A DNA stretch of 41,107 nucleotides from a virus (lineage: Duplodnaviria > Caudoviricetes): IMG/VR virus record IMGVR_UViG_3300027753_000035, positions 1-41,107 of that record. One strand, 5' to 3'. This document shows, piece by piece, positions 27,440 to 36,313 of the stretch. Each line of letters begins with the position of its first letter. The stretch's first letter is position 1. Both the position numbers and the translations under genes were made by a program. The notes under the pieces are model-generated. The model did no database searches. It was not told where the DNA came from and was given only the letters and a program-made list of their open reading frames with translations.

Positions 27440-29689
27440 TTATACTGTTCCTTTAAAGTTTGTACCAGGTTCAACTAAGGTTACCGAGTTGCCAATATCA
27501 CCTTCTTCAATCGGTGCGGAAGCTGTGCCGGCTCCTTGGTTTCTATGTCTGATACAATTTAGAACCTGTGTAAAACCTTCACGAGTAAAACTGTTGTCAA
27601 TAGTTAATACCTGATACATGCCTGTGAACTTGTACTGTTCCATCTTGTACCACGGCGTGCCCATATCAAACGGTGTTTCAAAGTTAATTTGAATATCAGC
27701 TTCGCTTTGTATGTATTCTATTTGATCATCTTTAGTAACGTTACCTGCACCTTCGGCAATATAGTTTCCGCAACCGCTACTTGTAAGATAATAAGGATCG
27801 CCGTGAATCTTCATTTTTATGCTAAGCAGGTCAACTTTAGAGTTCATTAGTATCTCGTGCCAGTTTCTATTACTCTGTGTTTCGGGGTGCTGTACTAATT
27901 GAGCGCCGGTTGTCTTAGAAGGATTAGTAACAGGCTTACTTAGTTGAGTAAGACTGTCCTCATCTCCGAATGTGTCTGGTCTATTAGCAACCTTTGGCAC
28001 CATATTAGGATCAGAATCAGTTTGCCCTGCAGGTAAGCCTTCAGTAGATGATCGTTCAAGCTGTCCGATATCGTTACCAATCGGAACATAGAACGAATAG
28101 TTAAAGTCTAAGTCAAGATCAAGAATGTCATTGTTCTTGCCTGTATAGATATAATTGTAAATTCTATGAGGATTAGTTCCACCGATGCCTTTAGATCCTG
28201 GAGCAGCAAATCTGTTCATTGATGCTTGATACGGAATAACACGATAGATATAGATTTTTCCTGTACGCCCCGATTGTGCTTCCTTAGGTCCATCTGTTGC
28301 TAACACAAAGCACTGTAACTTAAACCAAGGACATTTACCCGGAGACTCTGATCCAGGCTTCCACATGCCGTACTCTCGGCCATATTTACTAGCAAGGATA
28401 ACTTCTTCAATAACGTTAATTAACTTCTGTCCGGCATATATTTGTACACTTCTCGAATCGCCTGGCAACAGCGAGTTTTGCGGATTATTACGCATACGAT
28501 CTTCGTCGGCTGCTGCGTTATCTTCGCTAGTGTTTACATGCGCTTCTCTATCTTCAGGCTGTTTAATGATCTCAGACTTTCCGATTACATTCATATTACC
28601 TTTGTAGGAGCTATATATTCCCGCACCTAAATCGTGAGAACTTTTACTAGTACCAAGCTGGTATGTGTTGATATCGTTTTGAAAATTATCTAAACTATTT
28701 TGCCCATCATCGCCTGGCGATCCAGTACCTTTTAGCGACTCAAAAAGCTGTTGGTGGTCAACCGGCAAATCAGTAAGCCCCGCTGATGGTACTCCAAGTA
28801 TTGATGATTCTTCAGCACTTGTTTTAGTATCTGGGAATACAATATAAAATTGATCACCTTCTGCTTGTGCGCCAGCTTCTGTTGATTTGTTTTCAATGTT
28901 ATTCATTGCTGCTGTTAAGCTATTAGCACCCGAGAGTAACATTTCTTCAACTGTTCTGCCCGACAGTGTGGCATTTTGCTTAATGGTTGCTACTTCGTCG
29001 TTCCACGCTTGATCGTTCCATGCTACTGCTAAACACTTGTAAACTGTACCTGCTTCAGTGACTGTAAATTTAGCTTGAACTAATTTAACTGTAAAGTTGT
29101 ACGGGCCAACAGTACTAGCGTTGCCACTGTCGTCATAGCCGTCGAACTTTACAGCTAACATCATACCAGCATCGGCATAGTTTTTAAAGCCCTGTGCTTT
29201 TGATGCCTTGTCTAGATCTTTAAGAAAATTACCCATGCTATATGGCTCAACAATGTCAAAAGCAAATGTTAATGAGTGTGCGCCACGAATTCCGGTAGTT
29301 GCCGAAATAAGACTTCTAACATTAACATTATCAAAATGATAATCTGACTTGCCCATATCTTCAGCAACTGTTATTCCATTTTTAAATTTTCCTATTAATG
29401 GATCAGGAAAGTTTGTTTGTGATTTACTTAGAACCGACAAAGACCACATCCAACTATAGGTAGCAAACTTATGTAGAGGATTTTCTTTAGGTCCTCCGCT
29501 CGCTGCTGCGCCGCCGCCAGATGACGGTAACGTATTTCCGCCTGAGCCTTGAAACTCTCTATTCTGCCGTAAGTAGAAAAAGTCCTCTGGCGTTTCGTGT
29601 GTCCACGTTCTCCAACTGTCGTCGGCGGTTGCTTGAGGTGTACGTTCACCGCCTTCGTTTCTGCTTGCGTCGGTTCTGATTACAGCCAT
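27440..29689 (-). CDS. Probable baseplate hub protein (gp27/GpD-like position, 749 aa)
   Basis: Lies between the LysM/gp53-like gene and the spike gene. The C-terminal MKIHGDPY...FTGMYQVLTIDNSFTREGFTQVLNCIR pattern fits hub proteins. Confidence 0.65.
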   Translation of the reverse strand: MAVIRTDASRNEGGERTPQATADDSWRTWTHETPEDFFYLRQNREFQGSGGNTLPSSGGGAAASGGPKENPLHKFATYSWMWSLSVLSKSQTNFPDPLIGKFKNGITVAEDMGKSDYHFDNVNVRSLISATTGIRGAHSLTFAFDIVEPYSMGNFLKDLDKASKAQGFKNYADAGMMLAVKFDGYDDSGNASTVGPYNFTVKLVQAKFTVTEAGTVYKCLAVAWNDQAWNDEVATIKQNATLSGRTVEEMLLSGANSLTAAMNNIENKSTEAGAQAEGDQFYIVFPDTKTSAEESSILGVPSAGLTDLPVDHQQLFESLKGTGSPGDDGQNSLDNFQNDINTYQLGTSKSSHDLGAGIYSSYKGNMNVIGKSEIIKQPEDREAHVNTSEDNAAADEDRMRNNPQNSLLPGDSRSVQIYAGQKLINVIEEVILASKYGREYGMWKPGSESPGKCPWFKLQCFVLATDGPKEAQSGRTGKIYIYRVIPYQASMNRFAAPGSKGIGGTNPHRIYNYIYTGKNNDILDLDLDFNYSFYVPIGNDIGQLERSSTEGLPAGQTDSDPNMVPKVANRPDTFGDEDSLTQLSKPVTNPSKTTGAQLVQHPETQSNRNWHEILMNSKVDLLSIKMKIHGDPYYLTSSGCGNYIAEGAGNVTKDDQIEYIQSEADIQINFETPFDMGTPWYKMEQYKFTGMYQVLTIDNSFTREGFTQVLNCIRHRNQGAGTASAPIEEGDIGNSVTLVEPGTNFKGTV

Positions 29690-30015
29690 TAGTTAACTCC
29701 GAGTGTTTCTCTTAGTAACTCAGACTGTGGCAGGAATATTTCTATCCCTGCTTCGAAATCATAAATTGGATCTCTAATAATGTCTAAGTTACGTTGAGCA
29801 AATACCCACCACAAATCAGGGGTTTGATATAAGTCAAACGCTAACAAGTCAGGGCGGTGTGTGTACTGAGATTCAATTGTATAAAGTATATCGTTCGAAC
29901 GAGCGGGCACAGGACGTATAGTGAGATAGCTTAAATATAAACCGTTCTTAACTTCAGTGTTAAAGTAAGGACTAGCTTTGTGGTAATTGATTCTGTCAAA
30001 TCCAAGAATACTCAT
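29689..30015 (-). CDS. gp53: LysM-like baseplate wedge protein, gp53/tail-X-like (108 aa)
   Basis: YTI...RPDLLAFDLYQTPDLWWVFAQRN...DPIYDFEAGIEIFLP is the gp53-type LysM pattern. Confidence 0.8.
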   Translation of the reverse strand: MSILGFDRINYHKASPYFNTEVKNGLYLSYLTIRPVPARSNDILYTIESQYTHRPDLLAFDLYQTPDLWWVFAQRNLDIIRDPIYDFEAGIEIFLPQSELLRETLGVN

Positions 30016-30833
30016 TACATAAATCCTCCGCCTTTGCCAGCAGCAAAGCTCTGCAAACTAAATGTCTGTGTCTTGCTTCTGCTGTATGCTACTTTTAGAT
30101 TACATGATATTTCACACTTAGTAGGCGCATAAGTACCAGTTGATGCTTGAATGTAGTCGGGGTCAGCTGGTAAGTTTATACTCCAGGTAGAAACTACTAC
30201 CGGTACATCTTGGAACATATACTGACCGTATCCATTTAGGAATACAATCGGCGGTGGCGAACCTTGATTCGAACTGCCAGCATAAGCACTTTTAGTCATT
30301 GTGCTAAAATAGTGTTGCGCAGCAATGATATATGTTGCTTCTTCTTGATTCTGACAGGTAAATGTTCCACTAATAGAAATATCAGTAACTCTTGAGTTTT
30401 GATACACAACATAGGGATACAGCGCATGAGTTGGAGTCATTTCTGAATAGTCTGCGCCTGTGCCATAACTAATGTTAGGAGTGTACGGGAACATCAGGCC
30501 GCCGGTACGTGCTAGACTTCCGTGTAATGGTCCGAAACTAATACCCGACGGTATAGTTAGCTTTACTCGCCAGTCCGGAGCACCTGACGCTTTCCACCTT
30601 GCTGTTACAAAAGGCAGCGGTGCTGGGTTTGCTCCGTTTGGTAAGTTACGCTTTCTTAGATTACTAACATAATTTTCAGTATCATATATTTCGTTAGCTG
30701 CGTCTACGTTCTGAGCATTGTTATCTCCGTATATAATAGAGCTCCCAGACACGTTTTCCGAAGTAGACCTAGGATCTTGCGACGATCTACTTTGTGCTTC
30801 TGCTGTTGGATTTTCTATAAACTCTAGAGCCAT
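30015..30833 (-). CDS. Tail tube initiator/baseplate-tube cap protein (gp48/gp54-like, 272 aa)
   Basis: Tube-fold pattern GLMFPYTPNIS...ISISGTF...PPPIVFLNGYGQYMFQDVPVVVSTWSI. First gene of the baseplate operon, with a GAGGA RBS. Confidence 0.7.
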   Translation of the reverse strand: MALEFIENPTAEAQSRSSQDPRSTSENVSGSSIIYGDNNAQNVDAANEIYDTENYVSNLRKRNLPNGANPAPLPFVTARWKASGAPDWRVKLTIPSGISFGPLHGSLARTGGLMFPYTPNISYGTGADYSEMTPTHALYPYVVYQNSRVTDISISGTFTCQNQEEATYIIAAQHYFSTMTKSAYAGSSNQGSPPPIVFLNGYGQYMFQDVPVVVSTWSINLPADPDYIQASTGTYAPTKCEISCNLKVAYSRSKTQTFSLQSFAAGKGGGFM

Positions 30834-30855
30834 TTTTTTATCCTCTTTGATAACT

Positions 30856-30863
30856 TATTTAGT
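30856..30863 (-). promoter_or_regulatory. Late promoter motif ACTAAATA for the baseplate operon
   Basis: Lies 23 nt upstream of the ATG at 30833 and carries the same TAAATA core. Confidence 0.65.
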
Positions 30864-30891
30864 TGACAATATCGTACGTATATTATATTAT
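30863..30891 (+). promoter_or_regulatory. Sigma70-type promoter for the late sigma gene
   Basis: TTGACA (30863-30868), a 17-nt spacer, then TATTAT (30886-30891). Confidence 0.8.
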
Positions 30892-30938
30892 AAGTAATAT
30901 AGAATTTTAATAAACTTCTATTTAGGATTTAAAAATAA

Positions 30939-31781
30939 ATGAGAAAACATAACTACTTAAATAATAAAGATATACTGTCAGAGATACATAAATCTAAGAC
31001 TAATTTCTGTAGCTATACCGAAGATACACATAATCAATTTGATTTAATTATATCGTTACAAGGCCCGCACGGTACCCTCGAACAAGGCCTTGCTAAAATA
31101 AATCGAAATACAATTGCTGAAGCAAAAAGAAACAAAGCAAAGCGATTACAAACTAGAATGTTCGACGAAAGAAAAGCAGCTGGCGAAAAAATAAAGTTAG
31201 CCGAATGCGAGCATGATCCAAAGAAAATGAAAAAAGACGAACTCATCTTTAGAGTTATGACGTTTGATCATATTCCCGAAGAACCAGGCAGAAAGAAAAC
31301 TCCAAAGACAACTGCTGATACAAAAACCAAACTAAACTTTCCTGCGTTTCAACATTACAAATTTAACGAAAACGACGAATTAGTTTGTGTTGGTAAAAGT
31401 CACTGGGTCGGAGGAATGGAAAACGGATACTTTAGCAAGGATCACGGCAAGGTTACAAACAAACTTGCTCATATGTGGATAAAGTTATGCGAACGTTATG
31501 CTACTCGTGGTAATGTAAGAGGTTATACTTACAACGACGAGATGCGTGGTCAAGCTATTCTACAGCTAACACAAATTGGTTTACAGTTTGACGAATCTAA
31601 GTCAGCCAACCCATTTGCTTATTACACTGCTGCTGTTACTAACAGTTTTGTAAGAGTAATTAACTTAGAAAAACGCAATCAAGCTATTCGTGATGACATT
31701 CTTGAAATGAACGACATGACCCCAAGTTACACTCGACAGGCATCACGTGAGTGGGAAGCAAATAATCCTGAGAAAAAATAA
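30939..31781 (+). CDS. gp55: Late-transcription sigma factor, T4 gp55-like (280 aa)
   Basis: HNYLNNKDIL at the N-terminus and NVRGYTYNDEMRGQA...FDESKSANPFAYYTAAVTNSFVRVINLEKR match gp55 conserved blocks. It precedes gp47-gp46 as in T4-like phages. Confidence 0.9.
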   Translation: MRKHNYLNNKDILSEIHKSKTNFCSYTEDTHNQFDLIISLQGPHGTLEQGLAKINRNTIAEAKRNKAKRLQTRMFDERKAAGEKIKLAECEHDPKKMKKDELIFRVMTFDHIPEEPGRKKTPKTTADTKTKLNFPAFQHYKFNENDELVCVGKSHWVGGMENGYFSKDHGKVTNKLAHMWIKLCERYATRGNVRGYTYNDEMRGQAILQLTQIGLQFDESKSANPFAYYTAAVTNSFVRVINLEKRNQAIRDDILEMNDMTPSYTRQASREWEANNPEKK

Positions 31782-31789
31782 AAAATGTC

Positions 31790-31819
31790 TTGACAACATG
31801 GCCTGATATATACTATTAT
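31790..31819 (+). promoter_or_regulatory. Probable sigma70-type promoter for the gp47-gp46 operon
   Basis: TTGACA at 31790-31795 with TATTAT at 31814-31819 (18-nt spacer). A GAGGA RBS precedes the TTG start at 31852. Confidence 0.55.
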
Positions 31820-31851
31820 AGTATAAATGAGAATTCATACACGAGGACAAT

Positions 31852-32862
31852 TTGTTTAAACGAGCTGCCATTTTTACCGATATTCACTTCGGTATGAAAA
31901 GTAATAGTAAAGTTCATAATGCTGACTGCGAAGAATTCGTTGATTGGTTTATTGAACAAGCAAAAGCAAATAATTGCGAAACAGGAATCTTCTGTGGAGA
32001 TTGGCATCACAATCGTAGTAGTGTCAATCTTTCCACACTTGATTCAACTGTGCGATCATTAGAAAAGCTTGGGGAAGCCTTCGACAATTTTTATATGTTC
32101 GATGGCAACCATGACTTGTTCTATAAAGATCGTAGAGACATTAGTTCTACAAAGTTTGCGAGACACATTCCGGGCATTACCTTAGTCGACCAGTATACTG
32201 AATTCGACGATGTAGCGCTTGTGCCCTGGCTAGTAGGCAACGAATGGAAGAACATTGAGAAGTCTAAGAGCAAATACATGTTCGGACACTTCGAACTTCC
32301 TACATTCCTTATGAACGCACATGTTCAAATGCCCGAGCATGGTGATCTACGTGCTACACACTTTGTTAATCAGAAGTATGTGTTCTCAGGTCACTTCCAC
32401 AAGCGACAAGTAAAGGGCAATATACATTATATTGGTAATGCTTTCCCGCACAACTATTCAGATGCGTGGGACGATAAGCGTGGTATGGTAGTACTCGATC
32501 GTGAGAACGACGGTGAGCCTCAGTATATTGACTGGGATAACTGCCCTAAGTACCGCACAGTAAAACTATCCGAGCTACTTGATCCGGATAATACTATTAT
32601 CAAAGACAAGATGTACTTGCGAGTGGCCATTGACATTCCAATTAGCTACGAAGAAGCAAGCTTTATTAAAGAAACATATATCAAACAACACGACTGTAGA
32701 GAAATTACACTTATACCTCAAAAGCAAATCGACGAAATTACTACCGAGCTTGATATTAGCAAGTTCGAAAGTGTTGATGAAATTGTTTCTCGTGAAATTG
32801 TTGCGATTGAATCTGATTCTTTTGATCAAAAAACGCTGTTGGACATTTATTTAAATCTATGA
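31852..32862 (+). CDS. gp47: Recombination endonuclease subunit, gp47/Mre11/SbcD-like (336 aa)
   Basis: Metallophosphoesterase motifs DIHFG, GDWHH, GNHD, GHFE and SGHFH. Confidence 0.95.
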   Translation: MFKRAAIFTDIHFGMKSNSKVHNADCEEFVDWFIEQAKANNCETGIFCGDWHHNRSSVNLSTLDSTVRSLEKLGEAFDNFYMFDGNHDLFYKDRRDISSTKFARHIPGITLVDQYTEFDDVALVPWLVGNEWKNIEKSKSKYMFGHFELPTFLMNAHVQMPEHGDLRATHFVNQKYVFSGHFHKRQVKGNIHYIGNAFPHNYSDAWDDKRGMVVLDRENDGEPQYIDWDNCPKYRTVKLSELLDPDNTIIKDKMYLRVAIDIPISYEEASFIKETYIKQHDCREITLIPQKQIDEITTELDISKFESVDEIVSREIVAIESDSFDQKTLLDIYLNL

Positions 32863-33407
32863 TACTGATATCCGGTAATAAAAACTTTGGCTTAGCTAAA
32901 GAATTACACAAATTGTATCCTGATGCTTGGTTTGCCTCACGTGAAAACGGTTATGACTTATGTAAGAGCAACGAACAAGATGCGTTTGCTCAATACGTCA
33001 CGCATTACAATACTGTTATTATTAATAGTGCGCTGTGGAAGTTTAATCAAACTGTACTACTTGACAAGGTTTACAAAAAATGCGTAGAAGAAAACCACAG
33101 ACCCCACATCATTACTGTTGGCAGCACAACTGATCGTGTTAAAAACGGCAAAGCTTGGTTGTACAACGCTGAAAAGAAAGCGCTGCGTGATTATTCCAAT
33201 ACGTTAGCACTAGGCGGGGTATGGGGCGAAGGCCCAAAGATTACCTATGTTAGCTTTGGTACTCTTTCCAACAATCAAGAAAAGCATCCTGACCGAAAAT
33301 GTCTTGACATTTCTCAAGCAGCCGTGTATATTAAATGGATAATAGATCAACCCGATGATATTTGTATTAACGAAATCAGCATTGATCCAAAGCAAATGAA
33401 ACTATGA
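32859..33407 (+). CDS. Short-chain dehydrogenase/reductase-like protein (182 aa)
   Basis: N-terminal Rossmann-like ILISGNKNFGLA, INSA, a catalytic-type Ser (TVGS) and YxxxK (YNAEK). It has ATGA overlaps with both neighbours. Confidence 0.75.
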   Translation: MILISGNKNFGLAKELHKLYPDAWFASRENGYDLCKSNEQDAFAQYVTHYNTVIINSALWKFNQTVLLDKVYKKCVEENHRPHIITVGSTTDRVKNGKAWLYNAEKKALRDYSNTLALGGVWGEGPKITYVSFGTLSNNQEKHPDRKCLDISQAAVYIKWIIDQPDDICINEISIDPKQMKL

Positions 33408-35179
33408 CAATTCTATTAAAAGATTTAACAGTTAAAAACTTTATGAGCGTCGGCAATCAAACCCAGGCAGTTCGGTTTGATCAAGAACAGCTCACTCTAG
33501 TGCTTGGTGAAAACTTAGATCAAGGAGGTGACGACTCAGGCTCACGAAACGGGACAGGCAAAACGACAATCATTAACGGATTGTCCTACGCCCTCTACGG
33601 CCAAGCACTAACTAACATCAAACGAAACAACCTTATTAACAAAACAAATGGTAAACATATGTTAGTAACGTTGAATTTCGAGAAAAACAATGTTCAATAT
33701 CGCATTGAGCGTGGTAGATCACCTACATTTACAAAATTTTACGTAGATGACCAAGAGCAAGAGATGACTGACGAGTCTCAAGGTGATAGTCGTAAGACAC
33801 AAGAGGCTATTAATACCCTATTAGGTATGAGCCATGACATGTTTAAGCATATCGTAGCGCTTAACACCTACTCAGAGCCATTTTTGGCAATGCGAACCAA
33901 CGATCAACGTGCTATTATTGAGCAGTTACTCGGTATTACTATCCTTTCAGAGAAGGCTGAGACTTTAAAGGAAGAGATTCGTAACACCAGAGCTGCTATT
34001 GACTCTGAAACTAATCGTATTAACGCTGTTCAGTCAGCTAACGAACGAATCGAAGATACAATTACCAGCTTAGGTCGCACTCAGAAGGCATGGCAAGCAA
34101 AAAAACGCACTGACATTAAAGCACTCGAAGAAGCAATACAAGAACTAAGCAAACTTGACATTGATTCTGAGATCGAAGGACACGAAAAGCTACAAAACTG
34201 GCAAACAATTAGCACAGAGCTTGAAAATTTACAGAAAACCTTAGCATCTTCCGAAGCTGCTCAATCAAGAGCACAGAAAAGTGTTGATAAAATCAACAAA
34301 GACCTTATCGGACTCGAAGATGCAAAGTGCTATACATGCGATCAACCACTTCACGAAGACAAGAAGCAAGAGATCCTCAGCACAAAGACCAAAGAGCTCG
34401 AAGAGAGCCAGGTCTATTTACAAGAAGTAACAGAAAAAGCCGAGAAAACCCTCGAAAACATTAAGATAATCGGTGACATTGACGCTAAGCCTACTGTTTT
34501 TTACGAATCTATGAAAGAAGCATACGAACATAGACAGAATATTGACGGGCTCAAGCACAGTCTCGAAACAAAAGAGCAAGAGCACGATCCATACCAAAGT
34601 CAAATTGATGAATTGTCTGCTTCAGCGCTTCAAGAAATCAATTGGGATTCAGTAAACGAGCTTACTCACTACCAAGAGCACCAAGAGTTCTTGTTGAAAC
34701 TTCTTACAAACAAGGATAGTTTCATTCGTAAGAAAATTATTGATCAAAACTTGAGCTACTTGAACAACAGACTTACTTCTTATCTTTCTAGACTTGGTCT
34801 TCCGCACCAAGTAGCATTCCAAAATGACCTAAGTGTTGAGATTACTCAGCTTGGTCAAGACCTCGACTTTGACAATCTGAGTCGAGGCGAACGTAACAGA
34901 CTTATACTTGGACTAAGTTTTGCGTTCCGTGACGTATGGGAAAACTTATACCAGAACATTAACCTACTGTTCATCGACGAATTGATCGACAGTGGAATGG
35001 ATTCTGCTGGTGTTGAACACGCACTGGGCGTTATCAAGCATATGGGCCGCGAAGGTCGCAAGAATGTTTTCCTTATATCGCACAAAGAAGAACTAGTAGG
35101 TAGAGTAAATCATGTACTTAGAGTAATTAAAGAATCAGGTTTTACTTCTTACGCAACAGACTTGGACGTAGTTGACTAA
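33404..35179 (+). CDS. gp46: Recombination ATPase subunit, gp46/Rad50/SbcC-like (591 aa)
   Basis: Walker A (NGTGKTT), coiled coil with a CYTC zinc hook, signature LSRGE, Walker B (LLFIDE) and H-loop (ISHK). Confidence 0.95.
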   Translation: MTILLKDLTVKNFMSVGNQTQAVRFDQEQLTLVLGENLDQGGDDSGSRNGTGKTTIINGLSYALYGQALTNIKRNNLINKTNGKHMLVTLNFEKNNVQYRIERGRSPTFTKFYVDDQEQEMTDESQGDSRKTQEAINTLLGMSHDMFKHIVALNTYSEPFLAMRTNDQRAIIEQLLGITILSEKAETLKEEIRNTRAAIDSETNRINAVQSANERIEDTITSLGRTQKAWQAKKRTDIKALEEAIQELSKLDIDSEIEGHEKLQNWQTISTELENLQKTLASSEAAQSRAQKSVDKINKDLIGLEDAKCYTCDQPLHEDKKQEILSTKTKELEESQVYLQEVTEKAEKTLENIKIIGDIDAKPTVFYESMKEAYEHRQNIDGLKHSLETKEQEHDPYQSQIDELSASALQEINWDSVNELTHYQEHQEFLLKLLTNKDSFIRKKIIDQNLSYLNNRLTSYLSRLGLPHQVAFQNDLSVEITQLGQDLDFDNLSRGERNRLILGLSFAFRDVWENLYQNINLLFIDELIDSGMDSAGVEHALGVIKHMGREGRKNVFLISHKEELVGRVNHVLRVIKESGFTSYATDLDVVD

Positions 35180-35418
35180 TGAGCGACGACGAAAATAACT
35201 TCGACGACGAAAGTACTCACGAAAAGCTTGTCGAAGAATACTTAAAATATTATCAGGCACACACAGATTTTAATAAAAGGCACAGCGTGAGAACGCACTT
35301 GGCAGGCAGAAGGCACTTAAGAAACATAATCAGACTGGCACGCAAAAGGCAAAAAGAAATACAAACTGAATTTTATCAAAAACGAAAAACAAAACCCAAG
35401 AATAAAGGCACCAACTAA
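35179..35418 (+). CDS. Small basic helical protein (79 aa), possibly nucleic-acid binding
   Basis: TAATG-coupled to gp46. It has an acidic N-terminus and an Arg/Lys-rich C-terminal half (GRRHLRNIIRLARKRQKEI...KRKTKPKNK). Confidence 0.6.
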   Translation: MSDDENNFDDESTHEKLVEEYLKYYQAHTDFNKRHSVRTHLAGRRHLRNIIRLARKRQKEIQTEFYQKRKTKPKNKGTN

Positions 35419-35437
35419 GTCCTAGCATACATACAGT

Positions 35438-35878
35438 ATGGAGTGGACTTACCAAGGCAAAAAAGTTGATACTCTACCAATTGAGTGTGAAGGTTTTGTT
35501 TACCTAATCACTAATACAACAAATGGTAGAAAGTATATAGGCAAGAAAAACGCTAAGGCAACAAAAACAAGGCCACCACTTAAAGGTAAGAAAAGAAAAA
35601 GGCGCACTACAGTAGAAAGTGAATGGAGAGACTATTGGGGATCTTCAGACAATCTACTTAGAGACATTGAAGAAATAGGCAAAGAAAAGTTTACAAGAGA
35701 GATACTACACCTGTGTCCAAGCAGAGGCATAGCAAGTTATCTTGAAGCACGTGAACAATTCGAAAGGCGAGTTTTAGAATCAGACGACTATTACAATGGT
35801 ATTATTAATGTACGCATTGGTGGTTCTAAAATATTAAAAGAGTACTTAGGCAATGAAAATGGTAAAACTAAACTTTAG
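35438..35878 (+). CDS. Stand-alone GIY-YIG family endonuclease (146 aa)
   Basis: GFVYLITNTTNGRKYIGKK (GIY-YIG motif), a basic insert KKRKRR, YLEAREQ (candidate catalytic Glu) and YYNG. No C-terminal DNA-binding repeats are present. Confidence 0.9.
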   Translation: MEWTYQGKKVDTLPIECEGFVYLITNTTNGRKYIGKKNAKATKTRPPLKGKKRKRRTTVESEWRDYWGSSDNLLRDIEEIGKEKFTREILHLCPSRGIASYLEAREQFERRVLESDDYYNGIINVRIGGSKILKEYLGNENGKTKL

Positions 35879-35879
35879 G

Positions 35880-36250
35880 CAACCATACAGCACATAAGGT
35901 TGGCGGGCCGGAAATAAAAGAGCCGCTGTGGAAAAGCTAGGGATAGAGACCTAGACACGTAACATATTGAGCCAACGCCCAGAGGCGGTAAGTTGATATA
36001 GGTCAATGCTGTTGATCACAAACACACTATGTTCATAAAAACTGTACACGTAGGAACGAGAGTACAGGTAACGTAACACTGTTACGTGATGTCGACGTAG
36101 GTAAGGGAAAGGTCAGAGCCCGTTGAACGTGTGTATAAACTTTAAACACCTATTTCCATGTCACGGGTGGTGATACTCACAGAAAAACAAAATTTTTCTT
36201 TATGACGGAACCCTAAACAGGTTCCGTCTGAGCAGATTAATCTACAGAAA
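35880..36250 (+). ncRNA. Candidate large structured non-coding RNA (~370 nt), family not recognised; strand inferred from flanking genes
   Basis: ORF-free and richer in G+C than the other intergenic gaps. More than ten complementary segment pairs are visible, including long-range TGTGGAAA/TTTCCATG, AACATA/TATGTT, TAGGT/ACCTA and the 9-bp GACGGAACC/GGTTCCGTC. Confidence 0.6.
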
Positions 36251-36313
36251 TATCTCTTCTAGTAACTCTTAAAAAAAGTACTTAACACTTAACTACTCTT
36301 AGAAACTCTAGTA

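Noticed and set aside
2647-30672. Many 60-175 aa plus-strand and alternate-frame ORFs inside the structural genes
   Set aside because: They lie antisense to or out of frame within long, motif-bearing genes and lack recognisable motifs. This is expected from codon bias on the opposite strand.
35438-35878. GIY-YIG gene as a mobile homing endonuclease inside an intron
   Set aside because: The flanking genes are intact, no split exon is evident, and the protein lacks the C-terminal DNA-binding modules typical of homing GIY-YIG enzymes.
35880-36250. Assignment of the structured region to RNase P RNA, group I intron, cobalamin riboswitch, hammerhead ribozyme, tmRNA or tRNA
   Set aside because: There are only partial word matches (GGGAAAGGTC vs GAGGAAAGTCC; TCAGAG and GATATAG in the wrong order for group I R/S; CTGAGCA instead of CTGANGA). 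No interrupted host gene, cloverleaf or CCA end was found. The family is left unassigned.
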